From a virus, in UHGV virus genome UHGV-1376262: a stretch of DNA of 58,366 nt; one strand, written 5' to 3'. The position numbers and the translations under genes were made by a program. This document shows positions 8,634 to 17,729 of the stretch, piece by piece. The notes beneath the pieces were generated by a model. It made no database searches. It saw only the letters and a list, made by a program, of their open reading frames with translations, and was not told where the DNA came from. Positions within the stretch are counted from its first letter, which is position 1. Each line of letters begins with the position of its first letter.

Positions 8634-9658
8634 AGCACGTCCTTCCGAATCTTTTTAATCTCTTCAAGAGCTTTCTGGTCGAACTTGTTAAGAGCTTTCT
8701 CTTCAAGCTTTTCTAGCTCTTTGTAAGTTAAGCTTAAAGCAAGCGCTGTTTTATAGTCACTAAAAGTGAATCCGCTAAGCTCTAGTGGAGGAAGTGATCC
8801 TGCATGGGCGTGTTCAACAGCAGTGAAGAAACGGTTTAAAACCTCTTTCTTATCTTCCTCTGTGATGGTTACTCCAAAGACTCTTAAATCTGGGTTCTTT
8901 GCGTAGTCTTCCGAAGTCATTGACCATGATTTGTGAGCAGCGTTAACATAGACAATTAAATACATGTCTAAGTCTTTTAGCATAGCGTAGTTACGAACTT
9001 GCCACACATGCTTTTCGTTAGGCTGCTTCATAGAGTATAAACTAGTCGCCGCTGGAGTAGTTTGTTTAGACTTAATCTCTAAGCCTACCCGATACTCTTT
9101 AAGAGTGCTTGGGTCAGTCCAAACCATAACGCCATCAAGGGAGCCTCCAGTAATGAATCTCATATTGCCTGATTTAAACTCTTTAAAGGTCGTTGAGAAC
9201 TCCTCAAAGTTTGGATTGCCTTCCTCAGTTCTTTCAAAGCGGAAGTTACAATCTTGTCCAGTTAAGCGTTTATAATGCTTCTCCATCATCAAGACTTGTT
9301 CTTGAAGCATGTCACCAATCTTTGTACCAATCTGTACCCAACGGCTTTGGTGAGATTCCATTTTACGTGGGTCTGATCGATGGCTTCCTTCAAGAGCGTC
9401 AATGGCGAACAAAGTCTGCTCACGTAAGCATTTACCAGTGCCACTTGAACGGAATACTGGAACGTTTTCAGGGAAGTCTTCAAAAGGATTATTGTCCTTA
9501 ACAGTTAAATAACGCTCCATTAACCAATAGTTAAGGTCAGCGTCATAAGTGAAACCTGTTTCTCCCCAGTTTTGTAAGTGTTGTTCAAAGTCTTCTGCAA
9601 TAGTATCTACTAACGTTTTGCCAGAAGCTGTATTTACTGCATTTAATCCTTTAGCCAT
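8630..9658 (-). CDS. PD-(D/E)XK exonuclease (YqaJ/lambda-exo-like).
   Basis: Contains DGVMVWTD...VGLEIKSK, a D...ExK motif. Confidence 0.55.
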   Translation of the reverse strand: MAKGLNAVNTASGKTLVDTIAEDFEQHLQNWGETGFTYDADLNYWLMERYLTVKDNNPFEDFPENVPVFRSSGTGKCLREQTLFAIDALEGSHRSDPRKMESHQSRWVQIGTKIGDMLQEQVLMMEKHYKRLTGQDCNFRFERTEEGNPNFEEFSTTFKEFKSGNMRFITGGSLDGVMVWTDPSTLKEYRVGLEIKSKQTTPAATSLYSMKQPNEKHVWQVRNYAMLKDLDMYLIVYVNAAHKSWSMTSEDYAKNPDLRVFGVTITEEDKKEVLNRFFTAVEHAHAGSLPPLELSGFTFSDYKTALALSLTYKELEKLEEKALNKFDQKALEEIKKIRKDVL

Positions 9659-10002
9659 TAAGCGACTTCCTCCTTGCGTTTATTGTAACTGTGAATAACG
9701 TTTTCACGCTGGGTAGTCCACTCAAGGTTAGAGGCATGATTATTCTTTTTGTCAGAGTCTTTGTGATTGACATAATCGCAGCCTTCTGGTCGCTCATTAA
9801 ACGTCTCGCACACCGCTCTGTGGATTCTAACATTCGTGTAAACCCCATTGTGGCGGATTCTAATATGTAGATAGCCGCTGTCTTGAAGTTTTAATAACCT
9901 ATTCGTCAACTTATTTTTAACCTGTCCGTAAGAACTTATAAGATAGTTTTCTGAGACAACTCCTCTAAACTTAAGAGGTCTCCATAGTTCTTGTTCGATC
10001 AT
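9658..10002 (-). CDS. HNH homing-type endonuclease.
   Basis: HNH_3-like motifs: GYLHIRIRHNGV...RIHRAV...NHKDSDKKNNHASNLEW. Confidence 0.7.
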   Translation of the reverse strand: MIEQELWRPLKFRGVVSENYLISSYGQVKNKLTNRLLKLQDSGYLHIRIRHNGVYTNVRIHRAVCETFNERPEGCDYVNHKDSDKKNNHASNLEWTTQRENVIHSYNKRKEEVA

Positions 10003-10027
10003 TCAATAAGCCTCCTTGATAGATTTA

Positions 10028-10066
10028 AGTATAGCACAAAAAAGGGCTTTTGTCAAGCCCTGATTG
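10028..10066 (-). promoter_or_regulatory. Terminator-promoter fusion. Hairpin AGGGCttgacaaaaGCCCT followed by a T-run, with TTGACA in the loop; 17 nt spacer, then TATACT.
   Basis: Reverse complement reads cagggcTTGACAaaagcccttttttgtgcTATACT. It terminates gene 10074..10334 and drives the HNH gene. Confidence 0.5.
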
Positions 10067-10073
10067 CTTTTGT

Positions 10074-10334
10074 TTAAATGTTAGCTGGCTCATAGTCAAT
10101 AGAGCCTGATTTAAGTACCTTTCTAACATTGGCTAAAGTAGTCTTATGGGTCATTATGGCTCGTGTGAAGGCTACTTCAATCCAAACCTCAACCTCTTCT
10201 TTTTGCTGCCTATAACCTCTATAGGTGTTTAGATTTAACACTACCTTAAACTTTGAGCCTTCTGGAACACCTTTAAAAATCTTTGAATTGCTCTTGTTAC
10301 TAGTTATAACGTATGTTTCTGTTGATAAATTCAC
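10074..10334 (-). CDS. Hypothetical protein.
   Basis: ORF track. Confidence 0.45.
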   Translation of the reverse strand: MNLSTETYVITSNKSNSKIFKGVPEGSKFKVVLNLNTYRGYRQQKEEVEVWIEVAFTRAIMTHKTTLANVRKVLKSGSIDYEPANI

Positions 10335-10345
10335 CTTTACTCCCC

Positions 10346-10570
10346 CTATCTATTGCGGCTCTTTTCAAAGTCGTTTAAAACTTTCTCAGCGTCTTCTAAC
10401 ATCTTCTGGTGAATCAGTAACTCCATTTTTAAAGCGTCAGTATATCCTAAAGAATACTCTCCTGTTGGGGTTCCAATTCGCTCAATACTTTCTTTAATGA
10501 GCTTTACTGTAGTCTCTTCATAACGAATCTTGTCTCTAAGCTTATTCGTATAAGTGGAATAGTAGGTCAT
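10346..10570 (-). CDS. Hypothetical protein.
   Basis: ORF track. Confidence 0.45.
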   Translation of the reverse strand: MTYYSTYTNKLRDKIRYEETTVKLIKESIERIGTPTGEYSLGYTDALKMELLIHQKMLEDAEKVLNDFEKSRNR

Positions 10571-10800
10571 TAAATGCCTCCTTTTGAAAGCTCATCTATG
10601 AGGATATTGTTGATTTCTAAGTTGTCACTTGGAACCATTACCTCAGTAGAATCTTCTGAGAGAGTCATATAGTAAATATCTCCACTAAGTGTATCATAAT
10701 AAACCGAACTATAGTAATCATCAAACTTCCCTATAATCAAATAGAAAAGAGAGTCGTCAGGAAACTTCCAAAAGGTTCCTACGTCTTTTGTTAACACCAT
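10570..10800 (-). CDS. Hypothetical protein.
   Basis: ORF track. Confidence 0.45.
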   Translation of the reverse strand: MVLTKDVGTFWKFPDDSLFYLIIGKFDDYYSSVYYDTLSGDIYYMTLSEDSTEVMVPSDNLEINNILIDELSKGGI

Positions 10801-10812
10801 TAAAGTTCCTCC

Positions 10813-12189
10813 TTAAAATTCTATTTCAGTAACTCCATTAAAGAGTTCTTCAACGCCTGCTTGATTGCTTTCTTCAACGTACCCAATGCTTGGTAAGAAG
10901 ATTCCCTCAACCTGTTCCCCTTCGTTTCCTGAACGACCTTTAACAACCTCTACTGCAAAGCGACCATCACAGCTATCAAAAGCCAACACATAAGAAGCGT
11001 CTTCAAGTACGCTCATGGTCTTTTTAACTTGAGAACGTTTTGGAATGTTGATAGTACGGTCGCTGCCACCTTTTTCGTTAGAGTCTTCCTCAGCCTGTGT
11101 AATAACTAGGATAACCGTTTTAGTTCTTCCTGCCATTAAACGCAGTGCCTTAGAAGTTGCTGAGGCGTCTCCACCTGCTGTTTTAGAAGTGTTCTTCTCA
11201 TAGTGCATGTAATAGATTGGATCAACTACTACAAAGTCTGCGTCAGTTTCGACAATGTCTCTTTCAAGTTGTCTTACAGAACGATTGATGAAGTCCTCAT
11301 CATCAACAGCTCTAATAGTAATGCTTCCCTCAATCTTTTCATTAAGGTTATTAACAAAATCCACGAACTGCTGCTCTTCATCAAGCGTATTGAAGTTCGC
11401 TGAGGTAAGGTCTTGGATACGGAATCCTGCTAAGTAGTCTTCACCTTTAATAGTGCTTTTCTTAATCTTGTCACGAGCAGATATAAACGACAAAGCTCTT
11501 GAAGCGAACTCATATTTAGGCATTTCCAACACCCATAGAAGAACGTTAGCTCCTTGCATAGCTGCTGAGATAGCTTCTACTAAAGTGATTGTAGACTTAC
11601 CTCTACCAGAGCGACCATAAACCGTGTACATATTACCTGATTGATAGCCTCCACCAATAAGCTCTGTCAAACCACTAAAATGGCTATCCCAAAACTTAAC
11701 AGAGTTACCTGCTTTACGGTTATAGAACTCTTCTAAGTACCAATCAGAAGCATTTTCAAGCTTTCTTCCTGCTGATTCGCCAAGGTTGTTATTAGCTTTA
11801 ATAATTTCCATATTGGCTATCATGTTGTTTATGAACTTCGTTGGATCATCGTCTTTAACAGATTCTTTCCAAAGTTCTTCCATTTCGCTGTTAACAAAGG
11901 CTGCTACCTCTACTTGTAGTTTGGAGTTCTTTAAAGACTTAGCTAAGCTTCTAAAAGAAGTGTTTTCAGTTGAAACTTGAAAGTCGAAGTCAGGAACTTT
12001 AGACAGAAGTGTTTGATAGGCAGGAGCATTACCTTCGTTTTCACGAGAGTATTTAATAATGTATTGATAAGCCTTTTTGTGAATGTCTGATTGCAGAAGC
12101 TCTTCTGTAATTCCATAGCGGTTTAAAGAGGCTACGTCATTCTCGTTTATGGCTTTCGATAAAATTAGTTCAGCGTCAATCATTGACAT
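10813..12189 (-). CDS. DnaB-family replicative helicase.
   Basis: Walker A motif GRSGRGKST plus a Walker B motif and a DnaB-like N-terminal domain. Confidence 0.75.
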   Translation of the reverse strand: MSMIDAELILSKAINENDVASLNRYGITEELLQSDIHKKAYQYIIKYSRENEGNAPAYQTLLSKVPDFDFQVSTENTSFRSLAKSLKNSKLQVEVAAFVNSEMEELWKESVKDDDPTKFINNMIANMEIIKANNNLGESAGRKLENASDWYLEEFYNRKAGNSVKFWDSHFSGLTELIGGGYQSGNMYTVYGRSGRGKSTITLVEAISAAMQGANVLLWVLEMPKYEFASRALSFISARDKIKKSTIKGEDYLAGFRIQDLTSANFNTLDEEQQFVDFVNNLNEKIEGSITIRAVDDEDFINRSVRQLERDIVETDADFVVVDPIYYMHYEKNTSKTAGGDASATSKALRLMAGRTKTVILVITQAEEDSNEKGGSDRTINIPKRSQVKKTMSVLEDASYVLAFDSCDGRFAVEVVKGRSGNEGEQVEGIFLPSIGYVEESNQAGVEELFNGVTEIEF

Positions 12190-12204
12190 ATAAAAATCCT
12201 CCTA

Positions 12205-12990
12205 TTATCCATTCAAAACTTTTCTGTGTGAACTTCCCTTAAACTCCAAAGCGATGGAATTATTCTTAATACGGTCTGCTAAGCGTTCATCAAAGATTGT
12301 CTCAAGCTCTGACACAGGCTCGTTGCTTGTGTAGATAGTTGGCAATCCGCTAACCATACGTTTATTAATAATGTCGTGAAGGTCGGCTCTAAACGCCTCA
12401 GTCGCAGAACGTGTTGCTAAATCGTCCATAACCACAAGAGGTGCTGTAGAAGCAATATCCATCATTTCGTAATACTCTCTGGACGTCTCTTCTGCAATCT
12501 CTCTTGCAATGCCATTTCTAGTAAACTTGTTGTAAGTTGTTTGGAAGTTGTTTACATCAAGGAAATATGCAGGAGGTCTTTTCATGCTTGATTTAAAAGC
12601 TACTGAGGCTTTCCAACCTAGAAACATATACTCATTTAAGAGAGCAGCTGCTGTGGAGGTTTTCCCAGTACCTTTTTTATGGCTCCATAAGTAGAGATTC
12701 TTAATAGGGACTTCGTCCTCTTCTGGATTACCAGTCTTCCTAAAGTCTCTTTTGAAGCTTTCTACATAGCTTTCTAAAGCTTTATAAATTTTCTTTTGTC
12801 CGTCTTTTGCAGGGCTATTTGACAGGAATAAGTCAGAGTATTCAAAAGGAACTCTAGCCTCCCCAAATCTTCCGCCTGTACCAGAAGCCCCACATAGTTG
12901 GACATGTATATGTGAAATGCTTGGAAGAACTTCTTCTTCGCTCTTTCCAAGGTCTTTAACAATCTTATCTAAAAGAGTCTTTTTCTTCAT
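12205..12990 (-). CDS. DnaC/IstB-like AAA+ helicase loader.
   Basis: Walker A GTGKTSTAAAL, Walker B LVVMDDL, sensor motif YTSN. Confidence 0.6.
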   Translation of the reverse strand: MKKKTLLDKIVKDLGKSEEEVLPSISHIHVQLCGASGTGGRFGEARVPFEYSDLFLSNSPAKDGQKKIYKALESYVESFKRDFRKTGNPEEDEVPIKNLYLWSHKKGTGKTSTAAALLNEYMFLGWKASVAFKSSMKRPPAYFLDVNNFQTTYNKFTRNGIAREIAEETSREYYEMMDIASTAPLVVMDDLATRSATEAFRADLHDIINKRMVSGLPTIYTSNEPVSELETIFDERLADRIKNNSIALEFKGSSHRKVLNG

Positions 12991-13033
12991 TGGAAACCCC
13001 CACGTGATTCTTTATGTTTTAATAATAGCATAC

Positions 13034-13393
13034 TTAATAAGCCTTGTCAACATCTTGTCTAACTTTTTTACGAGGTAGACCAAGGCTTACGACACGTGAT
13101 TGGACTTGGGACTCTTTTAGTCCTAGGCATTTTCCAATCTCTTTATAAGACATATCCATGTAGTGATCTTCTACAAACTCGTCCATATCGAATGTCCACA
13201 CAGCTCTCCGTGAAGTCTCTTTTATAAGTCCTTTTTCACGGAATATACAAACTCTGTTCATTACGCTTGACAAGCTTCTCCCTAAGATTTCTGCAATCTC
13301 TTTAAAAGTCTTTCTGTCTGAACTTTCTACAAGCTCTATTAGTTGCTCGTCTTCATGCTGTGACCAAATCTTTTTACTATTTGCTGCTTTCAT
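13034..13393 (-). CDS. Small DNA-binding protein with two Myb/sigma-region-4-like HTH repeats.
   Basis: Two repeats of the form W..EDE.L..LV..........IA..LGRS...V..R. Confidence 0.4.
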   Translation of the reverse strand: MKAANSKKIWSQHEDEQLIELVESSDRKTFKEIAEILGRSLSSVMNRVCIFREKGLIKETSRRAVWTFDMDEFVEDHYMDMSYKEIGKCLGLKESQVQSRVVSLGLPRKKVRQDVDKAY

Positions 13394-13414
13394 TTGAGGC
13401 TTCCTTTCTGCTTG

Positions 13415-14362
13415 CTACTGAATATACCAAAGCTTCTTAGATACTAGTTTTGGTTCGCTTATTTTAAGTATTTGAGGCTTTCTTTGTTGAGTTGTTAGGA
13501 ACTGGTTTAAATCATAACCTTCTGGAAGATTCCATTTAAAGATTGTATGAGTCTTATCAAAAGCCTTTCTAATATCCCAAGCGGTTTCTTTACCTTTCTT
13601 ATCATTGTCAGTACCAATGATGATATTCTTTACTCCAAGCTTTTTGATAAGCTCTACTTGATTATCAATTAAGTTAGCTGCACCAAGACTTACTCCAACG
13701 TATCCCCAAGAGTATGCTGTCATAGCGTCTATCTCAGCTTCACAGATAACTATTGTGGAAGGCGATAACTCATACACTAAGTGCATTCCAAACAGCATGT
13801 TCTTAATATGGTTATTCCCAGACACATAATAAAAGTCTTTGGTATCCGTTCTACGGAACTTTAAGGCTTGACATACGCCCATTCCATTAATGTATGGGAG
13901 GACAATTGAACCATCTTTCTCAGAGGTTCTGTAGGCTTCCTGAACCTTTTCTGTAATGCCTCTTCCTAACAAGTATTTAGATACACTATGCTCAGGTATC
14001 TCAAAGCTATCTCTAGGCTTAGGAATAGATATTCCAACGCCCAAGGGAGGGGCTTCATAAGGTTTTACCCAAAACTCCTCCTTAAGCATTTCCAAAGCTG
14101 TATCATAGTCAGTATCATTGAGGCGTGCTACAAGGTCTATGAAGTTTCCTGATTCACCAGAGCCTGAGTCTCCCCACGTTCCTGCAAACTCATTGTTATA
14201 GTTTACAAAGAAGCTTGGGTGATTGTCTTCCCTGAAAGGAGAGGCTGCTATTAAACGCTCTTCATTCCACTTCTCATGCTCCCACTCATAGTTGCTTTCA
14301 AGGTATTCTTGAATGTCTAGGTGGATTTGAATATCCTTTGTTAAATAAACCTTATCTAACAC
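13415..14362 (-). CDS. Toprim-domain DNA primase.
   Basis: Toprim motifs ICEAEIDAMT and IIGTDNDKKG. Confidence 0.6.
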   Translation of the reverse strand: MLDKVYLTKDIQIHLDIQEYLESNYEWEHEKWNEERLIAASPFREDNHPSFFVNYNNEFAGTWGDSGSGESGNFIDLVARLNDTDYDTALEMLKEEFWVKPYEAPPLGVGISIPKPRDSFEIPEHSVSKYLLGRGITEKVQEAYRTSEKDGSIVLPYINGMGVCQALKFRRTDTKDFYYVSGNNHIKNMLFGMHLVYELSPSTIVICEAEIDAMTAYSWGYVGVSLGAANLIDNQVELIKKLGVKNIIIGTDNDKKGKETAWDIRKAFDKTHTIFKWNLPEGYDLNQFLTTQQRKPQILKISEPKLVSKKLWYIQ

Positions 14363-14373
14363 TTTGTTGCCTC

Positions 14374-14562
14374 CTATCTAATTCGCTTGGCTATAATTAC
14401 TTTTTCTTCTTGGTCTACTGAAACCACTTCAAACACCTTGTTACCAAACTTCATAACTTTTAAATCAAGTGTTTTTGGAGCGTCAGTTAAGAAGCTTCCT
14501 CCTTGGAGTGCTGGATCGCTTTCCAAGTTGCTTGTGTAAAGTACCTTATACATGGTTTCCAT
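14374..14562 (-). CDS. Hypothetical small protein.
   Basis: ORF track. Confidence 0.4.
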   Translation of the reverse strand: METMYKVLYTSNLESDPALQGGSFLTDAPKTLDLKVMKFGNKVFEVVSVDQEEKVIIAKRIR

Positions 14563-14873
14563 TAAGCTTCCTCCTGAGACTTATCAAACATCTTTTCATA
14601 GTCTTCTCTATAAATGATTTCACATAAGACTTCCATGTCTCCAACCACCATAGACTGTAATATAACTACTTTTGATCGACCGTATTTTGATCGACCGTAC
14701 ATTGGATCATCATTTAATAAGTCACGTGACAATTCGCTTCCCAAGTGGAATCTTACAAAGAAACTGTCTCTACAGCTTTTAATAAGGTTTCCGCTAACAG
14801 CTGTAAATTTAATCTTTTGCGTTGTGGTATTGTGTGTATCAAACATTTCTAATCCTCCTGTTCCATAACCCAC
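14562..14873 (-). CDS. Hypothetical protein containing a YGRSK YGRSK repeat.
   Basis: ORF track. Covers the perfect 15-nt tandem duplication at 14670..14699. Confidence 0.45.
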   Translation of the reverse strand: MGYGTGGLEMFDTHNTTTQKIKFTAVSGNLIKSCRDSFFVRFHLGSELSRDLLNDDPMYGRSKYGRSKVVILQSMVVGDMEVLCEIIYREDYEKMFDKSQEEA

Positions 14874-15166
14874 TTACTAAACTCCATTAACACCTGAGCC
14901 TGCTCTTGGCTGTTTAACCTCCATGATGAAGGCTGACCTAAATAATTTCGCTCTCTCCAAAATACTGCTATAGTATCAATCGGCATAACAGCTTCCGTAT
15001 GCTTATATAATTTCAACCAACTTAAAACCTTGTGCTGCTTTTCATTAAGTGTTTGAATGGAGTCCACATCAAAAGACGCTTCCTCTAGCATTTCCCAGTC
15101 GCTGCTGTGCATTTCTAGGAACTCAATATCTGACAATAAGACAGCTTTCTCTTTAATATTGCTCAC
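14849..15166 (-). CDS. Hypothetical protein.
   Basis: ORF track. Confidence 0.45.
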   Translation of the reverse strand: MSNIKEKAVLLSDIEFLEMHSSDWEMLEEASFDVDSIQTLNEKQHKVLSWLKLYKHTEAVMPIDTIAVFWRERNYLGQPSSWRLNSQEQAQVLMEFSKWVMEQED

Positions 15167-15417
15167 TACGCTTCCTCCTTGCTAATAATAGAAATACTTG
15201 TATAAGCGTTACAAGGTAAATGTTCTTCGTAAGTGTATTCATTAGCTTTAAATACTACTTTATAGAAACTTTCCATACCACACAAAGACATATCAATGTA
15301 CTCAATGCTTTTACAAGGCATTGAAGATCGCTCACTTCTCCAGAAAAGCCATTCTTGAGTGTGATATAAAAGACTCCCTGTGGCATTGCTACGGATTGCT
15401 ACATACTCTCCGCTCAT
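15166..15417 (-). CDS. Hypothetical protein.
   Basis: ORF track. Confidence 0.4.
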   Translation of the reverse strand: MSGEYVAIRSNATGSLLYHTQEWLFWRSERSSMPCKSIEYIDMSLCGMESFYKVVFKANEYTYEEHLPCNAYTSISIISKEEA

Positions 15418-15836
15418 TATAAATCCTCACCATACCCTCTGACTTCATTGATAATAGCTTTTACTTCTTCTGGTGTCCCTACTGTAAGGTAATCTAAAAA
15501 GTAGTCAGAAGGCTTTGCTACGTTTACTGAATAAGGTTTATTCTCATCGTACATGTGTCCGAATCCATTTAGAGAGTGAGTTACATGGACTTTCCAACCA
15601 TTGCTAAATACCATGTTAAATACTACTTGAGTATCATTCAAACCAACTTCTTCGTAAGGGTCTTCTAACTGCTCTCTTAGACCATTAATAACTTCTGCAA
15701 CCTTATTCTGATTGTCTATACGTTGCTCATACGGAAGCTTATTTAAATCTAGGTTTACATCAACCAAGTCTTTAATCCACTTTAAATTCACTTTATGCTT
15801 CCTCCTCCTCTTCATACATATCCCAAGCGTCTCCAT
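15417..15836 (-). CDS. Hypothetical protein.
   Basis: ORF track. Confidence 0.45.
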   Translation of the reverse strand: METLGICMKRRRKHKVNLKWIKDLVDVNLDLNKLPYEQRIDNQNKVAEVINGLREQLEDPYEEVGLNDTQVVFNMVFSNGWKVHVTHSLNGFGHMYDENKPYSVNVAKPSDYFLDYLTVGTPEEVKAIINEVRGYGEDL

Positions 15837-15941
15837 ATCCTGACCAATTGTCTACTCCAGCAGCTTCCAAAGCATTTAGAAATGCCTCTGCCTTCAATAG
15901 CCTTTCGTACTCACTATATGAAATCGTTACTGCTTCTTGCA

Positions 15942-16283
15942 TTACTTAACAGCCTCCTTAATATCTTTTAATGCTTTCAAATACCCAACAATATAGTCTA
16001 GTGTAACAGTCTCTCCACCATATTCAGGATTATCCCATAGGCTGCACTCAAGATTATTTGAATAGTAGTCTAATACTTCTTCTGGACTCATTCTATGAAT
16101 ATTGTAATCTTTGATAACAACCGTTTCATCTCTGGATTCTGAATCCATTGGCAACACTTCCATAATATGGTCTCCGAGAGCGCTAGTCCACTCTCCAACA
16201 ATCTCTACAACTTCGTCTTCAAGAACCGTTCCTCCATAGTGCCTACAAACATAGTTTACCTTAGATATTCCTAAACTCTTCAT
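15942..16283 (-). CDS. Hypothetical protein.
   Basis: ORF track. Promoter at 16300..16345. Confidence 0.45.
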   Translation of the reverse strand: MKSLGISKVNYVCRHYGGTVLEDEVVEIVGEWTSALGDHIMEVLPMDSESRDETVVIKDYNIHRMSPEEVLDYYSNNLECSLWDNPEYGGETVTLDYIVGYLKALKDIKEAVK

Positions 16284-16299
16284 AAAACCTCTCCTCTAA

Positions 16300-16345
16300 C
16301 TCTTTGATGAATTAACTATAACCTTTATTAAATGGTTTGTCAAGT
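16300..16345 (-). promoter_or_regulatory. Sigma-A promoter: TTGACA, 17 nt spacer, TATAGT.
   Basis: Reverse complement reads cacTTGACAaaccatttaataaaggtTATAGT. Confidence 0.55.
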
Positions 16346-16367
16346 GTTTTTATAAATGTTTTAAACA

Positions 16368-16400
16368 AAAAAAGAACAGCCCTGTTAAAGGCTGCTCTAA
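16368..16400 (-). terminator. Rho-independent terminator ending the tRNA island transcript.
   Basis: Reverse complement GAGCAGCCtttaacagGGCTGTTC followed by TTTTTTTG. Confidence 0.55.
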
Positions 16401-16479
16401 AAGAAAGAAAGAAATAATAATTTGAAAGAGGTATTCCTCATGCTAAAGGAAAGTAGTTACTAGGCTTACTAGAAGCCAA

Positions 16480-16553
16480 TACGAGGTAGCGGACTCGAAC
16501 CGCTAACCGACAGCTTAGAAGGCTGTTGCTCTTTCCAGTTGAGCTAACCTCGT
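16480..16553 (-). tRNA. tRNA-Arg, anticodon TCT.
   Basis: Manually folded 74-nt cloverleaf. Acceptor ACGAGGT/ACCTCGT is a perfect 7 bp. D stem GCTC/GAGC. Anticodon stem ACAGC/GCTGT with loop CTTCTAA. T arm AGCGG-TTCGAGT-CCGCT. No encoded CCA. Confidence 0.8.
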
Positions 16554-16566
16554 GGAAAACGTATTT

Positions 16567-16680
16567 CTAACGCTTTCTGTTTTTGCGTCTACGAGCAGCT
16601 TCTTCTTTCTTGCGTGCTGCTTCTTGTTCCGCTTTTAAGATCGCTTTGTTCCATGCTTTTTCGTTGGCTCGTTTATCCAT
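16567..16680 (-). CDS. 37-aa highly basic mini-protein (MDKRANEKAWNKAILKAEQEAARKKEEAARRRKNRKR). It lies inside the tRNA island.
   Basis: A GGAGG RBS sits 8 nt upstream of the ATG. It fell below the ORF-track size cutoff. Lies between the tRNA-Ser-side structured region and tRNA-Arg. Confidence 0.45.
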   Translation of the reverse strand: MDKRANEKAWNKAILKAEQEAARKKEEAARRRKNRKR

Positions 16681-17157
16681 TAACAAAACCTCCAATAGTT
16701 TTTATGCAGAGGAGAGGATTTGCACCTCTCAACAAGAGCATTTTACTTGTCTACCTGTTAACTAGGCTGCTCTCAGCACATTCTGTTACCTATTCCGTCA
16801 CTCTGCTGGCGTTAGCAACTTGCCTTTTTCAGCGACTTCACTTAGGGAAGCTACTCTGGTCGCCTATGCTAAACTCTTGGAGCGACTCCCTAAAGTCTTT
16901 TACCAAGAGTCTGGATTTGTTTTACAGCCCATACACCAGTCGTTCGATGAGCCAACAACCTTTAGTAATGGTGGTTGAAATCCATCACCAAGACGTCTCT
17001 TGGATTCCTCCGCTCCTAGTCGTTCTAGCACGCTACGGATTAAGCTTTACAGTAAAGGATTATTGAGTGTTCCCTTTACCAACCTCTTCTTCACACTGCA
17101 TAAAAGCACGTTACGTTTCTTTTCACTTTTATACAGCCCTACTGAGGAATTATGTAA

Positions 17158-17244
17158 CCGAGGAGGAGGGACTCGAACCCCCAAACGCTTTTACACGCCT
17201 ATCGGTTTTCAAGACCGAAGCTTTTCCAGTTATGATACTCCCCG
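17158..17244 (-). tRNA. tRNA-Ser, anticodon TGA. Class II with a long variable arm and a weak D stem.
   Basis: Anticodon arm TCGGT-CTTGAAA-ACCGA. Variable arm TAGGCGTGTAAAAGCGTTT. T arm GGGGG-TTCGAGT-CCCTC. Acceptor CGGGGAG/CTCCTCG. The layout closely parallels B. subtilis tRNA-Ser. The D stem pairs poorly, so it may be a pseudo-tRNA. Confidence 0.55.
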
Positions 17245-17484
17245 AAAACGTGTGAATAAACTCGATGAACTGCTACTGAACGCCTAACCTGAGTTCAATC
17301 TGGCTGCGCAAAGACGCTCGTAGAATCCATCGGGAATACTCACACACGCCCCCCAAGCATGGGTAAACGCGTTACAGCAAACCGAAGTAATACTGCCTTA
17401 GTGGGCGCTCTTGGATTTGCACCAAGGAACCTTTCGGAACGGTTTTACAGACCGCCTGCTTTAACTACTTGCATAAACGCCCAA

Positions 17485-17556
17485 CAAGCTGTGAAGGAAT
17501 CGAACCCTCTCTAACAGTTTTGGAGACTGTTGTGCTAACCATTACACTAACAACTC
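17485..17556 (-). tRNA. tRNA-Trp, anticodon CCA.
   Basis: 72-nt cloverleaf. Anticodon arm ACAGT-CTCCAAA-ACTGT. D arm GTGT-AATGGTTA-GCAC. T arm GAGGG-TTCGATT-CCTTC. Acceptor GAGTTGT/ACAGCTT with two G-U pairs. Confidence 0.65.
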
Positions 17557-17729
17557 ATCTGGCACACAGGAAGCAGACACCACTTGAGCGTTGAGTAGGT
17601 CTTCCTCAAAAAGTCCTCTCTAAAGCTTTGTTCAAGGCTAGCTAAGGTGCAGGTGTTTTTCCTCTAAGCTACCTGTGTGCTTATATCAACTAGGAGCATT
17701 TTCTTTAACGTCGATATTGCCCTTCGACC

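Noticed and set aside
16700-16800. Candidate fourth tRNA on the minus strand using the GAGAGG-TGCAAAT-CCTCTC T-arm-like hairpin. The same applies to the 17395..17470 hairpin.
   Set aside because: I could not find a complementary 5' acceptor strand, D arm or anticodon arm. The second element is only about 54 nt between its flanks. G at T-loop position 55 is non-canonical. Both are kept as findings, not as tRNA features.
16870-16996. Plus-strand tRNA suggested by GGTGG-TTGAAAT-CCATC (T-arm-like) at 16969..16987.
   Set aside because: The best matching 5' acceptor strand, tcttgga at 16874, would be about 122 nt away with a mismatch, and no cloverleaf could be built.
16583-17287. Plus-strand ORFs of 60-150 aa inside the tRNA island (16583..16765, 16614..17066, 17000..17287, 17067..17255).
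   Set aside because: They are Leu/Ser-rich nonsense translations that overlap minus-strand tRNAs and the mini-ORF and have no RBS. The region is transcribed from the minus strand.
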